Of a stretch of DNA of 64,000 nucleotides, positions 38,344 through 47,046 are shown in pieces. Under the pieces are notes generated by a model. It had not been told where the DNA came from, did no database searches, and worked only from the letters and a program-made list of their open reading frames with translations. Each line of letters starts with the position of its first letter. Within the stretch, counting starts at the first letter, position 1. Made by a program: the position numbers and the translations under genes. Source of the DNA: an uncultured Anaerolineales bacterium (GTDB taxonomy: Bacteria; Planctomycetota; Phycisphaerae; FEN-1346); assembly GCA_964526295.1 (NCBI GenBank), contig CAZGKW010000013.1, forward strand, positions 31,468 to 95,467. The letters are read 5' to 3'.

Positions 38344-39876
38344 GTGGATTTGAGCAAGATGATCTTCGTGACCGGCTTCGCCCGGGGCGGCACCACGTGG
38401 CTCCGCAACTGTATCGCCTCGCATCCGCAGGTCTCGAAGATCGACAAGGAGCTGGTGCTCTTCAAGCGGTTCGGCGGGGACCGCAACGCCATCGAGGCGG
38501 AGCTGGAAGCGTTCATCGCCGACAGGGGCCTGGAGGGGCCCTACTTCGTCGAGAAAGGGCCAGCCAACGCTCCCCACGTCGCCAAGGCGTGCCGGGCGCT
38601 GCCCGAGGCGAAGTTCCTTTTCATCATCCGGGACCCCCGCGACGTATTCATCTCGCACAAGCGGGGAAAGCGCAAATGGATGGGCGGAAGCAACAGCGAA
38701 GTCGCCGGATGCATGCGCAAAACCCGTCGGTACTATGAAGGCTACATCGAGGGACGGGAGCAGCCCAACCTCATGCTGGTCCGCTACGAGGACCTGCACC
38801 AGGACTTCGAGACGACGCTCGGCCGGGTGCTGGAGTTCGTCGGCCTCCGGGCCGACCCCGCCATCGTGGAGCAGGCCTACGAGGCGAACGCCTTTTCCCG
38901 GGTGACCGGCGGCCGCCGGAAGGAGGACCGCGACGCCGCCGTCCGCAAGGGCTGCGTCGGCGACTGGCAGACGTTCCTTTCCGACCGCGAAGCCGCTTGG
39001 CACCGGAAGCAGACATTCTGGCGGGATTTCATGGCCAAGCACGGGTACGGGTGGCGGAAGCTGACCTTCGAGTCGATCCTGCAGACCTTGGCGGAGGCGG
39101 GGGTTCGCTTTCTCTCGGAAGACGACATCCTGGCCGCGCGACTCGATACCGAGCGGCTGAACGTGTTCCTGTATCACGACATCGACAACCTGTCCAGCCG
39201 CGCTGCTCGGGAGAGCCTGCGGCGAACCGTCGAGATCGAGGCGACCCTCGGCGCTGCCTCCACGACATACTTCCTGCCGCTCGACGAGTGGCGGTACCGG
39301 GGGCTCTCCCCCGAGGGGGTGGCCAAGATCGCACGGGAGGTCCTCGGCGCCTCGCCGCGCCATGCCGTGGGGCTCCACCTGAACGCCGCGGAGCGGTTCT
39401 TTCCGCCCGAGGCGCCGGCGGCGGACGACACGCATCCCGACATGGCCAAGGCCATTGCCTATCTCCATGCCCAGATCGACGCGTACGAGGAGCGGGGGTT
39501 CCGCCTCCGCAGCGCCACGGCCCACGGCTACGGCCGCAAGAAGAAACGCCCCAACAATCGCGACAGCGACGTGTTCCCCGCCGAGCTGGCGAAACGCGAC
39601 ATCGTATTGCTGGATCACCATATTAAGCGCCGCATTGAGAAGGCGGCGTCGCACCGGGCACGCTTTCTCGATGTGGGAGGGCCCCTTTCGGCACGCCGGA
39701 TGCCGAACGCGGGACGCCTCGACGACCCGGAGACGTATCGCCGGTTCCCGCCGAAAAGCGTCCTGGTCTTCCAGACCCACCCGGGCAACTACGACGTAAC
39801 CCGCGGCCTTTGCCTCGGCCAGCGCCGAAACGTCCCGTTAGGCGAGACCGACACGGTCGAAGAGGCCGTCGAGTAG
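38344..39876 (+). CDS. Sulfotransferase domain fused to a C-terminal deacetylase-like domain. The second domain has two paralogues in this island.
   Basis: The N-terminal GFARGGTTWL (5'-PSB) and RDPRD (3'-PB) motifs are present. The C-terminal 250 aa share motifs (LYHDID.., TYFLPL, GLHLN) with the ORFs at 42381 and 49177. Confidence 0.65.
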   Translation: MDLSKMIFVTGFARGGTTWLRNCIASHPQVSKIDKELVLFKRFGGDRNAIEAELEAFIADRGLEGPYFVEKGPANAPHVAKACRALPEAKFLFIIRDPRDVFISHKRGKRKWMGGSNSEVAGCMRKTRRYYEGYIEGREQPNLMLVRYEDLHQDFETTLGRVLEFVGLRADPAIVEQAYEANAFSRVTGGRRKEDRDAAVRKGCVGDWQTFLSDREAAWHRKQTFWRDFMAKHGYGWRKLTFESILQTLAEAGVRFLSEDDILAARLDTERLNVFLYHDIDNLSSRAARESLRRTVEIEATLGAASTTYFLPLDEWRYRGLSPEGVAKIAREVLGASPRHAVGLHLNAAERFFPPEAPAADDTHPDMAKAIAYLHAQIDAYEERGFRLRSATAHGYGRKKKRPNNRDSDVFPAELAKRDIVLLDHHIKRRIEKAASHRARFLDVGGPLSARRMPNAGRLDDPETYRRFPPKSVLVFQTHPGNYDVTRGLCLGQRRNVPLGETDTVEEAVE

Positions 39877-39884
39877 GACCGCTC

Positions 39885-40643
39885 ATGGACGACGACCAGG
39901 TTACGCGGCTGTATCGGGGCGAGATCATGACCCCCGGGGCCCAGCGCCGCTGCCGCGAGCGCATCGCCTGGATCACCGAGCGGGCGTCGGGGCCCCGAGT
40001 TCTGGACGTGGGATGCAGCCAGGGGGTCGTCTCGATTCTGCTGGCCCGCCGGGGGCTGGAGTGCCTGGGGGTGGACATCGCCGAGCCGCAGATACGCTTT
40101 GCTAGGCGGGCGTTGGCCGACGAATCGCCGGCGGTCCGCAAACGCATCCGCTTCGAGCTGGCCGACGTCCGGCGGGTTGACTGCGGCCCGTTCGACACCA
40201 TTATCCTGGGCGAGGTCCTGGAGCATGACGATGACCCCGAGGAACTGTTGGCGGTGGTCAAGGACCTGGTGCGGCCGGAGGGCAATGTGATCATCACCGT
40301 GCCTTACGGCCATCAGCCGTCCGTTGATCACAAGCGGTCGTACTACCTGGCGGACTTCCACGACCTGGTGCGGAAGCCGTTTCGGATTCGAGAGTTGGGG
40401 CTGCTCAACCGCAACATCGTGTGCCTGGCTTCGCCGGGAGACCCGGAGCCACGCCCCGCCCTGGGCAAGCGGCACGTGGCCCAGGTGGAGCGGATCGTGG
40501 CCGAACTGGAGCAGGAGGTCCAGCGGATCAAGGGGCGCCTGAAGGCCGCGGCAGAGCCGGTGCAGAAGCCGGGCGGCGCGGCTCAACTCGCGCGGAGGCT
40601 GCTCCGGAAAGTCCGGGGGCGGCATACCGGCAAGGCCCCATAG
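39885..40643 (+). CDS. Class I SAM-dependent methyltransferase
   Basis: It has the VLDVGCSQG glycine-rich SAM motif and the ILGEVLEH motif (Methyltransf_11/23-like). Confidence 0.75.
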   Translation: MDDDQVTRLYRGEIMTPGAQRRCRERIAWITERASGPRVLDVGCSQGVVSILLARRGLECLGVDIAEPQIRFARRALADESPAVRKRIRFELADVRRVDCGPFDTIILGEVLEHDDDPEELLAVVKDLVRPEGNVIITVPYGHQPSVDHKRSYYLADFHDLVRKPFRIRELGLLNRNIVCLASPGDPEPRPALGKRHVAQVERIVAELEQEVQRIKGRLKAAAEPVQKPGGAAQLARRLLRKVRGRHTGKAP

Positions 40644-40676
40644 CACCCCGCACCCGAGACCGAGAGACAGTTCGCG

Positions 40677-41504
40677 ATGAGCGCCAACGGCGATACCAAC
40701 GAGGTGCCGGACATCGACGAGCGATTCCAGAGCCTTGTCGAGGAAGACCGGCAAAGCTACGGCGAGCCGGGGGTGATCCTGGTCCGTAGCCGGCTGGAGG
40801 AGGGACGCTGTCTCGACGCGTGTCGCAAGAAGGTGGAGGACTGGATCGCCTGGCACGGGGCGCCGTATCCAGCGGACCGGCATGCCGAGTACATGTACGT
40901 CCCGTCGCGATCGGACAGGAAGGTCCTGCTCTCGGCGGTCCTCGTGCTGCCGGGCACGTTCGAAGATTACCGGTCGTGGTTCTCCCGCAAGCGGCGCTCC
41001 AACGCGATGGGGCGGAAAGCGGCTAACTTGGGCTACAAGACCAGCCCCTTTCGACCCCGGGACTACGCCGAGCAGATCTACCGCATCATACATTCCAGGC
41101 CCGAGCGTCAGGGGCGAGAGGTCGAAGCCGCCTTCTGGGACAGGCCCCCGGACGAGCCATTTGATCGGTACGAACCTATCGGATGCCCTCGACACGAGAA
41201 CCTGGCGTGGGGGGTATTCACGCCGGAAGGGGGCTTAGCCGCCTATCTGCTGGGCATGCGGGTGGGGGACGTCCTGTTCTACGAGGAAATCATGGGCCAT
41301 GCGGACCATCTCGACAACGACGTCATGTACCTGCTGCACGCCGAGCTGGTCGGCCACTGCATCGGTCTTCGCGAACCGCCCGAATTCCTCCACTACGGCC
41401 CCTGGTACAGCGGGAGGGACCCATTCAATCCTCGGGGAGGCCTGAATCGATGGAAGCGAAAGGTCCGGATGCGGCCGGCGTATCTCGTGCTTGCGTCCTC
41501 CTAG
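40677..41504 (+). CDS. Hypothetical protein in the glycan island. No confident family assignment.
   Basis: It is a 275-aa ORF co-directional with the island and has good codon bias. No motif was recognised. Confidence 0.4.
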   Translation: MSANGDTNEVPDIDERFQSLVEEDRQSYGEPGVILVRSRLEEGRCLDACRKKVEDWIAWHGAPYPADRHAEYMYVPSRSDRKVLLSAVLVLPGTFEDYRSWFSRKRRSNAMGRKAANLGYKTSPFRPRDYAEQIYRIIHSRPERQGREVEAAFWDRPPDEPFDRYEPIGCPRHENLAWGVFTPEGGLAAYLLGMRVGDVLFYEEIMGHADHLDNDVMYLLHAELVGHCIGLREPPEFLHYGPWYSGRDPFNPRGGLNRWKRKVRMRPAYLVLASS

Positions 41505-42391
41505 GCGGCCAACCGCGGTCCGGCACGACCCTGCTGGCCAGCATCCTCGGCAGCGCCCCGGGCCACGTTCAGGCCTACGAGCTGCACGTTCGAAAGCCCA
41601 GCTTCGTCGTCGGCCTGGAGGGCCGATATACCCGGAACCTGCTGACCGAGCTTGGCCTCCCCCCGGAAACCTACGACCGGATCGTCGCGGGCTGGGACAC
41701 CGACCGCATGAACCTGGGGGCCTGGGCCGGACCGGTCGAAGAGCACAGCGCCGAGCCACTGACCGGCGCCGAGACCGACCGGTTCGAGGAAGAGCTGGCG
41801 GCCCGGTGCGAGCTCATCGAAGCCCTCATGGAGGCCCTCTGCAGGCACTTGGGCGGCCGATCCTGGGGGATCAAGATCCTGGCCGACATCGCGTTCGCCG
41901 ACAGATACGCCAAGGCGTGGCCCGCCGCCCGCGTCATCCACGCCGTCCGCGACCCCCGGGACCAGGCGCTGTCGGTCCTCCGGCTGAACGAACAGCGCCA
42001 CGAGCGGGGCCAGCCTCCGTTTTACGAATCGGTGCGCGAGGCCGCCGAAGGGTGGCGGCGGAACCTCCTGGCCGGGCGCGAGGCCGTCCGCCGGGCCGGC
42101 CTGACCGCGGTAGAGGTCCGGTACGAAGAGCTGGCTCGGCGTCCCGAGACCATCCTGCGGGTCCTCGAAGGGCGGCTCGGCCTGGAGGGGCTGGTCGCCT
42201 CCGCCGGGGAGTTCCACCGCTCGGCCGTCGTTCAAAGGCACGCCCGCCGGTTCCGGCATCACGACAACGTCCTCCGACCGATCAACACCTCCCGGATTGG
42301 AAACTGGCGGACCGCCATGGCGCCCGACGACCGGGCCGCCGTGGCCGAAATCTGCGGAGACCTCATGGCGGAGCTGGGCTATGAGCCGTAA
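41450..42391 (+). CDS. PAPS-dependent sulfotransferase
   Basis: It has the GQPRSGTTLL 5'-PSB loop and the RDPRD 3'-PB motif. A GGAGG RBS lies before the ATG. It overlaps the upstream ORF by ~55 nt. Confidence 0.7.
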   Translation: MEAKGPDAAGVSRACVLLGGQPRSGTTLLASILGSAPGHVQAYELHVRKPSFVVGLEGRYTRNLLTELGLPPETYDRIVAGWDTDRMNLGAWAGPVEEHSAEPLTGAETDRFEEELAARCELIEALMEALCRHLGGRSWGIKILADIAFADRYAKAWPAARVIHAVRDPRDQALSVLRLNEQRHERGQPPFYESVREAAEGWRRNLLAGREAVRRAGLTAVEVRYEELARRPETILRVLEGRLGLEGLVASAGEFHRSAVVQRHARRFRHHDNVLRPINTSRIGNWRTAMAPDDRAAVAEICGDLMAELGYEP

Positions 42392-43343
42392 CGACGCCGC
42401 GACGGAACTGTGGTCGCCGGAAATGCTGATCGAGGCGTTGACGGCAGCCGGCGCCGAGACCCCGGCCATCCAGCCGGTCTGCGCCGTCGACCGGGCGCTG
42501 GCCGAACGCCGCGCCGTCTGGTTCCTGAAGCACGACGTCCACGCTGTGCCGCTGGAGGACATCCGGGAGCTGGCCCAGGCCGAGGCGGCCAGAGACCTCC
42601 ATGCGACCTACTTCTTCCTGGTCCCCGGGCACCCGGCATCGTCCGAAGCGTACGGCACGGAGGAGCTCCTGGAGACGTGCCGGGTGCTGATTGCCCTGGA
42701 CCACGAGGTGGGCCTGCATCTGGACCCCTATTTCCTGATCGAATGGCGCGCCCAGCCTCTCCGGGAAACCATCGCCGAGGCCGCCGAGACGTTCCGCTCG
42801 GCCGGGATCCCCCTCTGGACCGCCAATACCCACGGCAACACGGCCTACCGCTACACCGACCAGGACGGGTTCGGGATTTTCTTCGAGGTGTACGAGGAGC
42901 TGGCCCGGCAGCCGGACTACCCCACTCTGGCCGGGGTGGACGCGGTGCGGCGGGAGGTGATCCGGCGCCATCGGTTCGGCGTCCGCGACTTGGGATTCCG
43001 ATGGTGGGGCGACGTGCCGCTCTGGTCCGCGGCCCGCGGGTTCGCCGTGATGCACTACGTCTCCGACAACCCGCTGGATCGGAGAGGCACGTGGGATCAC
43101 ACGATTTTCGCGGAGGCGAAGGGACGGTACAAGCTCTCGGACCGTCAGCCGCCCGGTGCTCGTACGCGTGCCGAGGCGCGGGACTTCGTCCTTTGCAAAA
43201 ACGGGTGGCCGGGAGCTTTCGAGGAGGGTCCCGCCCGGTTCGAGGTGGACCCCCGGAGTCCGGCCCACGCCGACGCGATGCGTCGGCTGGCCTCGGGGCC
43301 GGCCCAGTTCTTGCTCCATCCCCAGTTTTATGGCACGATGTAG
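42381..43343 (+). CDS. Deacetylase-like domain protein. It is paralogous to the C-terminal domain of the 38344 ORF and to the 49177 ORF.
   Basis: It shares blocks FLKHDVH / TYFFL / VGLHLD with the two other copies. Confidence 0.5.
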   Translation: MSRNDAATELWSPEMLIEALTAAGAETPAIQPVCAVDRALAERRAVWFLKHDVHAVPLEDIRELAQAEAARDLHATYFFLVPGHPASSEAYGTEELLETCRVLIALDHEVGLHLDPYFLIEWRAQPLRETIAEAAETFRSAGIPLWTANTHGNTAYRYTDQDGFGIFFEVYEELARQPDYPTLAGVDAVRREVIRRHRFGVRDLGFRWWGDVPLWSAARGFAVMHYVSDNPLDRRGTWDHTIFAEAKGRYKLSDRQPPGARTRAEARDFVLCKNGWPGAFEEGPARFEVDPRSPAHADAMRRLASGPAQFLLHPQFYGTM

Positions 43344-43391
43344 GCTGCGGGCCGGACGGCAGCGGTGCGGCGGCCCCGACGAGGCCACTAC

Positions 43392-45224
43392 ATGGCTCCC
43401 ATCGAGTTCCTGCGCAACTTCAAACGCAAGGCCGGGTCCTACCTGCGCCTCTACGGCTGGCTCCTGTGGGACGGGGCCCGGGAGATGAAGTTGCTGGTGG
43501 CGGCGGTGGTGGTGCTGAGCTTTCTGGGCGTGATGGCGCGGGCCAGCACCTACGGAGCGGTCCTGAAGTTCGCCCGGTGCATCGAGACGGGCAAGCCGGC
43601 CCGGCTGGGTCCGATCGTCGTTCCGGTCGGCACGAGCCTCGAGGTTCTGCTGCTGTGGGCGGGCCTCGTGCTCGGCGTCGGGCTCCTCAGCGCGCTGGTG
43701 GTCTACATCGCCCAGGCGTCCGCCCTGCGAGCCGGGCACCGCTTCGAAGTCAAGGCTTCTTCCCGGCTGCTGTCGTTGGTCTCCCGCTCGCCGACCGTGG
43801 CCGCGTCCGGTTTTGGTGATTTGCAGCCCGCGGCGCTGCTTTCGCGCCTGTCGCGGACCGACACCCGCTTCATGCGTCGGGCCTATCAGTTGATGCTGGA
43901 CTCGGTCATCCCGTTCCTCCAGCTTGTGGTGTGGACGGGCGTCCTGATCTACACCGACTGGCTGCTGACGGTCGTGGTAGGCGTAATCGGGGTGTTCTAC
44001 CTGTTCCCGTTCTACCTGGTGCAACGTCAGGCGGCCCAGCACTCGCGGGATTACGAAGCGGCCCTGTACGAATCATCACCCTCGGCCGTTCCGTCGGTGC
44101 TGCAGCGTTTCATTGAGAGCGAATCGCCGCCCGACGCCGAGGAGCGGTGGAAAGAACGCGTTTACGGCGCCGGGCCCACCCGCCGCCGTCTCGACGCCTA
44201 TCGGGGACGACTTCTGGTCCGGGCCAAGAGCGACCTGCTCAACGACGGGTTCTTCGGCCTCTTCCTGGCGGTCATTCTCGTGGTCTTCGGCGTGGCCGTC
44301 CTTCAGGGCAACCGCTACTGGTCGGACTTCGCGACCTACCTGGTGGCCCTGAAGCTGGCCCAGGGCAGTCTGAAGCGGCTGACGGCCAAGGTCTCCAGCA
44401 TGAGCCGCTTCCATCCCCAGATATCGCGGTATCGCCGGTTCCTGCGCCGCCATGCCGAGACGCCGCCGGCGGCCGCGACCGGGAGGGAGCCCGACCTGCC
44501 TTACATCCTGAAGGCAGCAGGAGAAGGGCTCGGCGAGATCGCCGAGCCGGTGACGGTCACGGCCGGCAGCTCGCTGCTGTGTCTGGCGCCGCAGCGCCCC
44601 ACCCGCTATACGCTGGCCGCGGTCGTGCTCCCCCTGCTGGACGGCGCGTACGACGACCCCGAGGAACGTGCGTCGTCGGTGGCACTCCTGGGCCGCGCGG
44701 AGGGGCTGCTGCCCGGAAGCCTTCTTTACAACCTGGTGGGCTCCGATCCGGGCGCCGAAGCGCGAGGGAGCGCCGAGGACATCCTCAGCCAGCTCGGGGT
44801 GCTGGAGTCTCTGACCTCGCTTCCCGAGGGCCTGGAGACGGACGTGTCGGACCCGGCGGTTGCCGACCTCGAAGCCGACCCCTGGTTTGCCGTCGTAGCG
44901 ATGCCTTGTCTCCTCTCCGGCAAGCCGTTTCTTGCGATCGACTGGAGTGCGCTGATGCGAACCAGTCCGGAGTTTCGCCGCCGGCTCTTCGGTCTGCTGG
45001 AGGAGCAGGTCCTGTTTCTTCTGGCCACTCGAGCGCCGGACGAGCCGGAGGACGTGGAGTTGCACGGCTGCGCGGTTGTCGACGAAGCACGGCTCGTGGC
45101 AAGTGGGGGCATGGACTGGTACCGGCGGGCCCGCCCCCAACTCCAGCAGTACCTGGACGCACGCCGCAAAGCCGAGGCCGCCGAGGAGGAAGAGGACCTC
45201 GACCTCCTTCTCGAGGACTCGTAA
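43392..45224 (+). CDS. ABC-exporter-like membrane protein with a 6-TM domain and a degenerate nucleotide-binding domain
   Basis: It has ABC_membrane-like TM topology. The C-terminal domain lacks a Walker A motif but retains LSGK (signature-like) and FLAID (Walker B-like) remnants. Confidence 0.45.
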   Translation: MAPIEFLRNFKRKAGSYLRLYGWLLWDGAREMKLLVAAVVVLSFLGVMARASTYGAVLKFARCIETGKPARLGPIVVPVGTSLEVLLLWAGLVLGVGLLSALVVYIAQASALRAGHRFEVKASSRLLSLVSRSPTVAASGFGDLQPAALLSRLSRTDTRFMRRAYQLMLDSVIPFLQLVVWTGVLIYTDWLLTVVVGVIGVFYLFPFYLVQRQAAQHSRDYEAALYESSPSAVPSVLQRFIESESPPDAEERWKERVYGAGPTRRRLDAYRGRLLVRAKSDLLNDGFFGLFLAVILVVFGVAVLQGNRYWSDFATYLVALKLAQGSLKRLTAKVSSMSRFHPQISRYRRFLRRHAETPPAAATGREPDLPYILKAAGEGLGEIAEPVTVTAGSSLLCLAPQRPTRYTLAAVVLPLLDGAYDDPEERASSVALLGRAEGLLPGSLLYNLVGSDPGAEARGSAEDILSQLGVLESLTSLPEGLETDVSDPAVADLEADPWFAVVAMPCLLSGKPFLAIDWSALMRTSPEFRRRLFGLLEEQVLFLLATRAPDEPEDVELHGCAVVDEARLVASGGMDWYRRARPQLQQYLDARRKAEAAEEEEDLDLLLEDS

Positions 45225-45328
45225 CCGGAGGCGAAGAAGGCTCCGGGAGGCACTATGCAGACCGGACGACAAGGCGCTGCGACCGAGGGGCCGTCGAGCC
45301 TGATCGGCGCCGGGGCGGACGAGGTGAG

Positions 45329-46675
45329 ATGAACAAAGTCGCCATGGTCGTCCTGAACAACGTCACCCGCGACCCGCGGGTGATGAAGGAGTCCGCCGCG
45401 TTGGCCCGGGCCGGTTACGCGGTTCACGCCGTGGGCCTGGCCGAGGATTCGGAGCGCGACATCCCCGTCGAGGCCGCCGAAGGCGTCACCATCCACCGAT
45501 ACGTCAAGCCGACGGCGTCCTCCCGGCGTTTCACCGGTCGGCACCTGGCGGCCTTGTCGATCGTTGGGCTCCTGGCCGTGGGAGGCGCCGTGACGCTGGC
45601 GGTCGTCTGGGATCAGGAATCGGTCATCCGTGTCGTGAAGGTGGTGATCACATCGCTGGGGACGGGGGGCGCAGCCGTCCTGGCGATCCGGCACCGGCGC
45701 GCCCTGGTCCGGCTGCTTCGGCCGTTCACCGTGGCGTTGCGACTCCGCCGATTCCGGCGTTTTGCCGAGCGGACCTTGGCCGAGATCGACCCGGAGATCG
45801 TCCATTGCCACGACCTGCTGGCCCTTCCGGTCGGCGTCCGCTACGCACGGAAGCGGCCGCGCGTCAAAGTGGTCTACGACAGCCACGAGATCTTCGAGGA
45901 CCAGTCCCTGCTGGCGGCATGGGAGTCGCGGTTCTATCGACGGCTCCAGGCCCGCTATACAGAAGACCTCGACGGCTTCATCACGGTCAACGGTTCGATC
46001 GCCTCGCTGCTGAAAGAGCGGTACCCGAAGCTGCCCGAGCCGACCGTCATCATGAACGCGGCGGAGTACGACGGCGAGAATGTCGCCTACGACGGCTGTC
46101 TGCACGACGCCGCGGGGCTGCCCCCCGAAACGCGGATTCTGCTCTACCACGGGGGCTACGCCAGGTTCCGAGGCCTGATGACGCTGGTTCGCGCCGGGCA
46201 CCATTTGCCCGGAGGGTGGGCGATCGTCCTGATGGGACGCGGCCCGCTGGAGCCGCAGCTCCGCCGGACCGTGGACGAGGAAAACCTCTCCAACGTCTTC
46301 CTGGTCAAGCCGGTGCCCCGGGACGATCTGCTGTACTGGACGGCGGGAGCCGAGGTGGGCGTCATCGCCTACGAGAACGTCAGCCTCAACCACTGGTACT
46401 GCAGCCCCAACAAGCTGTGGGAGTACCCCGCGGCCGGGGTGCCGATCCTGGCCGGCCCGCTGGCGGTCGTGAGGGAGATGGTTGAGGAAAACGGCATCGG
46501 CTGGGTCGTGTCCGACCCGGTGACGTCGCATGCAATCGCCTCACGGATCGAGTCCCTGACGGAAGAGGAAATCGAGCGGAAACGTCGCGCCTGCCTGGAG
46601 TTCATCCAGCGGGACAACTGGGCGGTCTACGAGAAGCGCCTCCTACGGCTGTACCAGGAACTCACGGGCCTGTAG
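45329..46675 (+). CDS. GT4-family (GT-B) glycosyltransferase
   Basis: It has the C-terminal EX7E-like GT4 motif region (KLWEYPAAGVPIL). A GAGGTGA RBS is present. Confidence 0.75.
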   Translation: MNKVAMVVLNNVTRDPRVMKESAALARAGYAVHAVGLAEDSERDIPVEAAEGVTIHRYVKPTASSRRFTGRHLAALSIVGLLAVGGAVTLAVVWDQESVIRVVKVVITSLGTGGAAVLAIRHRRALVRLLRPFTVALRLRRFRRFAERTLAEIDPEIVHCHDLLALPVGVRYARKRPRVKVVYDSHEIFEDQSLLAAWESRFYRRLQARYTEDLDGFITVNGSIASLLKERYPKLPEPTVIMNAAEYDGENVAYDGCLHDAAGLPPETRILLYHGGYARFRGLMTLVRAGHHLPGGWAIVLMGRGPLEPQLRRTVDEENLSNVFLVKPVPRDDLLYWTAGAEVGVIAYENVSLNHWYCSPNKLWEYPAAGVPILAGPLAVVREMVEENGIGWVVSDPVTSHAIASRIESLTEEEIERKRRACLEFIQRDNWAVYEKRLLRLYQELTGL

Positions 46676-47046
46676 GCCGCTGCCGATTTGGGCGGCCATC
46701 ACGAAATGCCCGGCCCGAGACACAAAGAGGAAAACACCATGGCTAAAGCCCGACTCGGTGCGATTCAACGAAGTGATCCTTTACAAGGACGCGCCGATTC
46801 GGCCTGAAGAGAAGATTCGCCGCGGGGCCGCCTCCGTACGTCGAACTCGAAGAATACCTGGAACACGCCCACCACACGGCCTCGCACGGCGGGATCGCGT
46901 GGGTCCACTCGCCCTCGAAAGGGGAGGACGACCCGCGGCGGACGTATTTCGACTGAGCGGTTCGGCCCGCCTCCGGTCACCGGACATCCAGCGCCGGGGG
47001 CGAAACGGGGTGGAGCGCCTTCCCGAGAGAGTTGGGAGAGCATCGG

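Noticed and set aside
43365-43391. Alternative GTG start extending the ABC-like protein by 9 aa (MRRPRRGHY)
   Set aside because: It adds only basic residues. The ATG at 43392 gives MAPIEF and is adequate. The point is unresolved but trivial.
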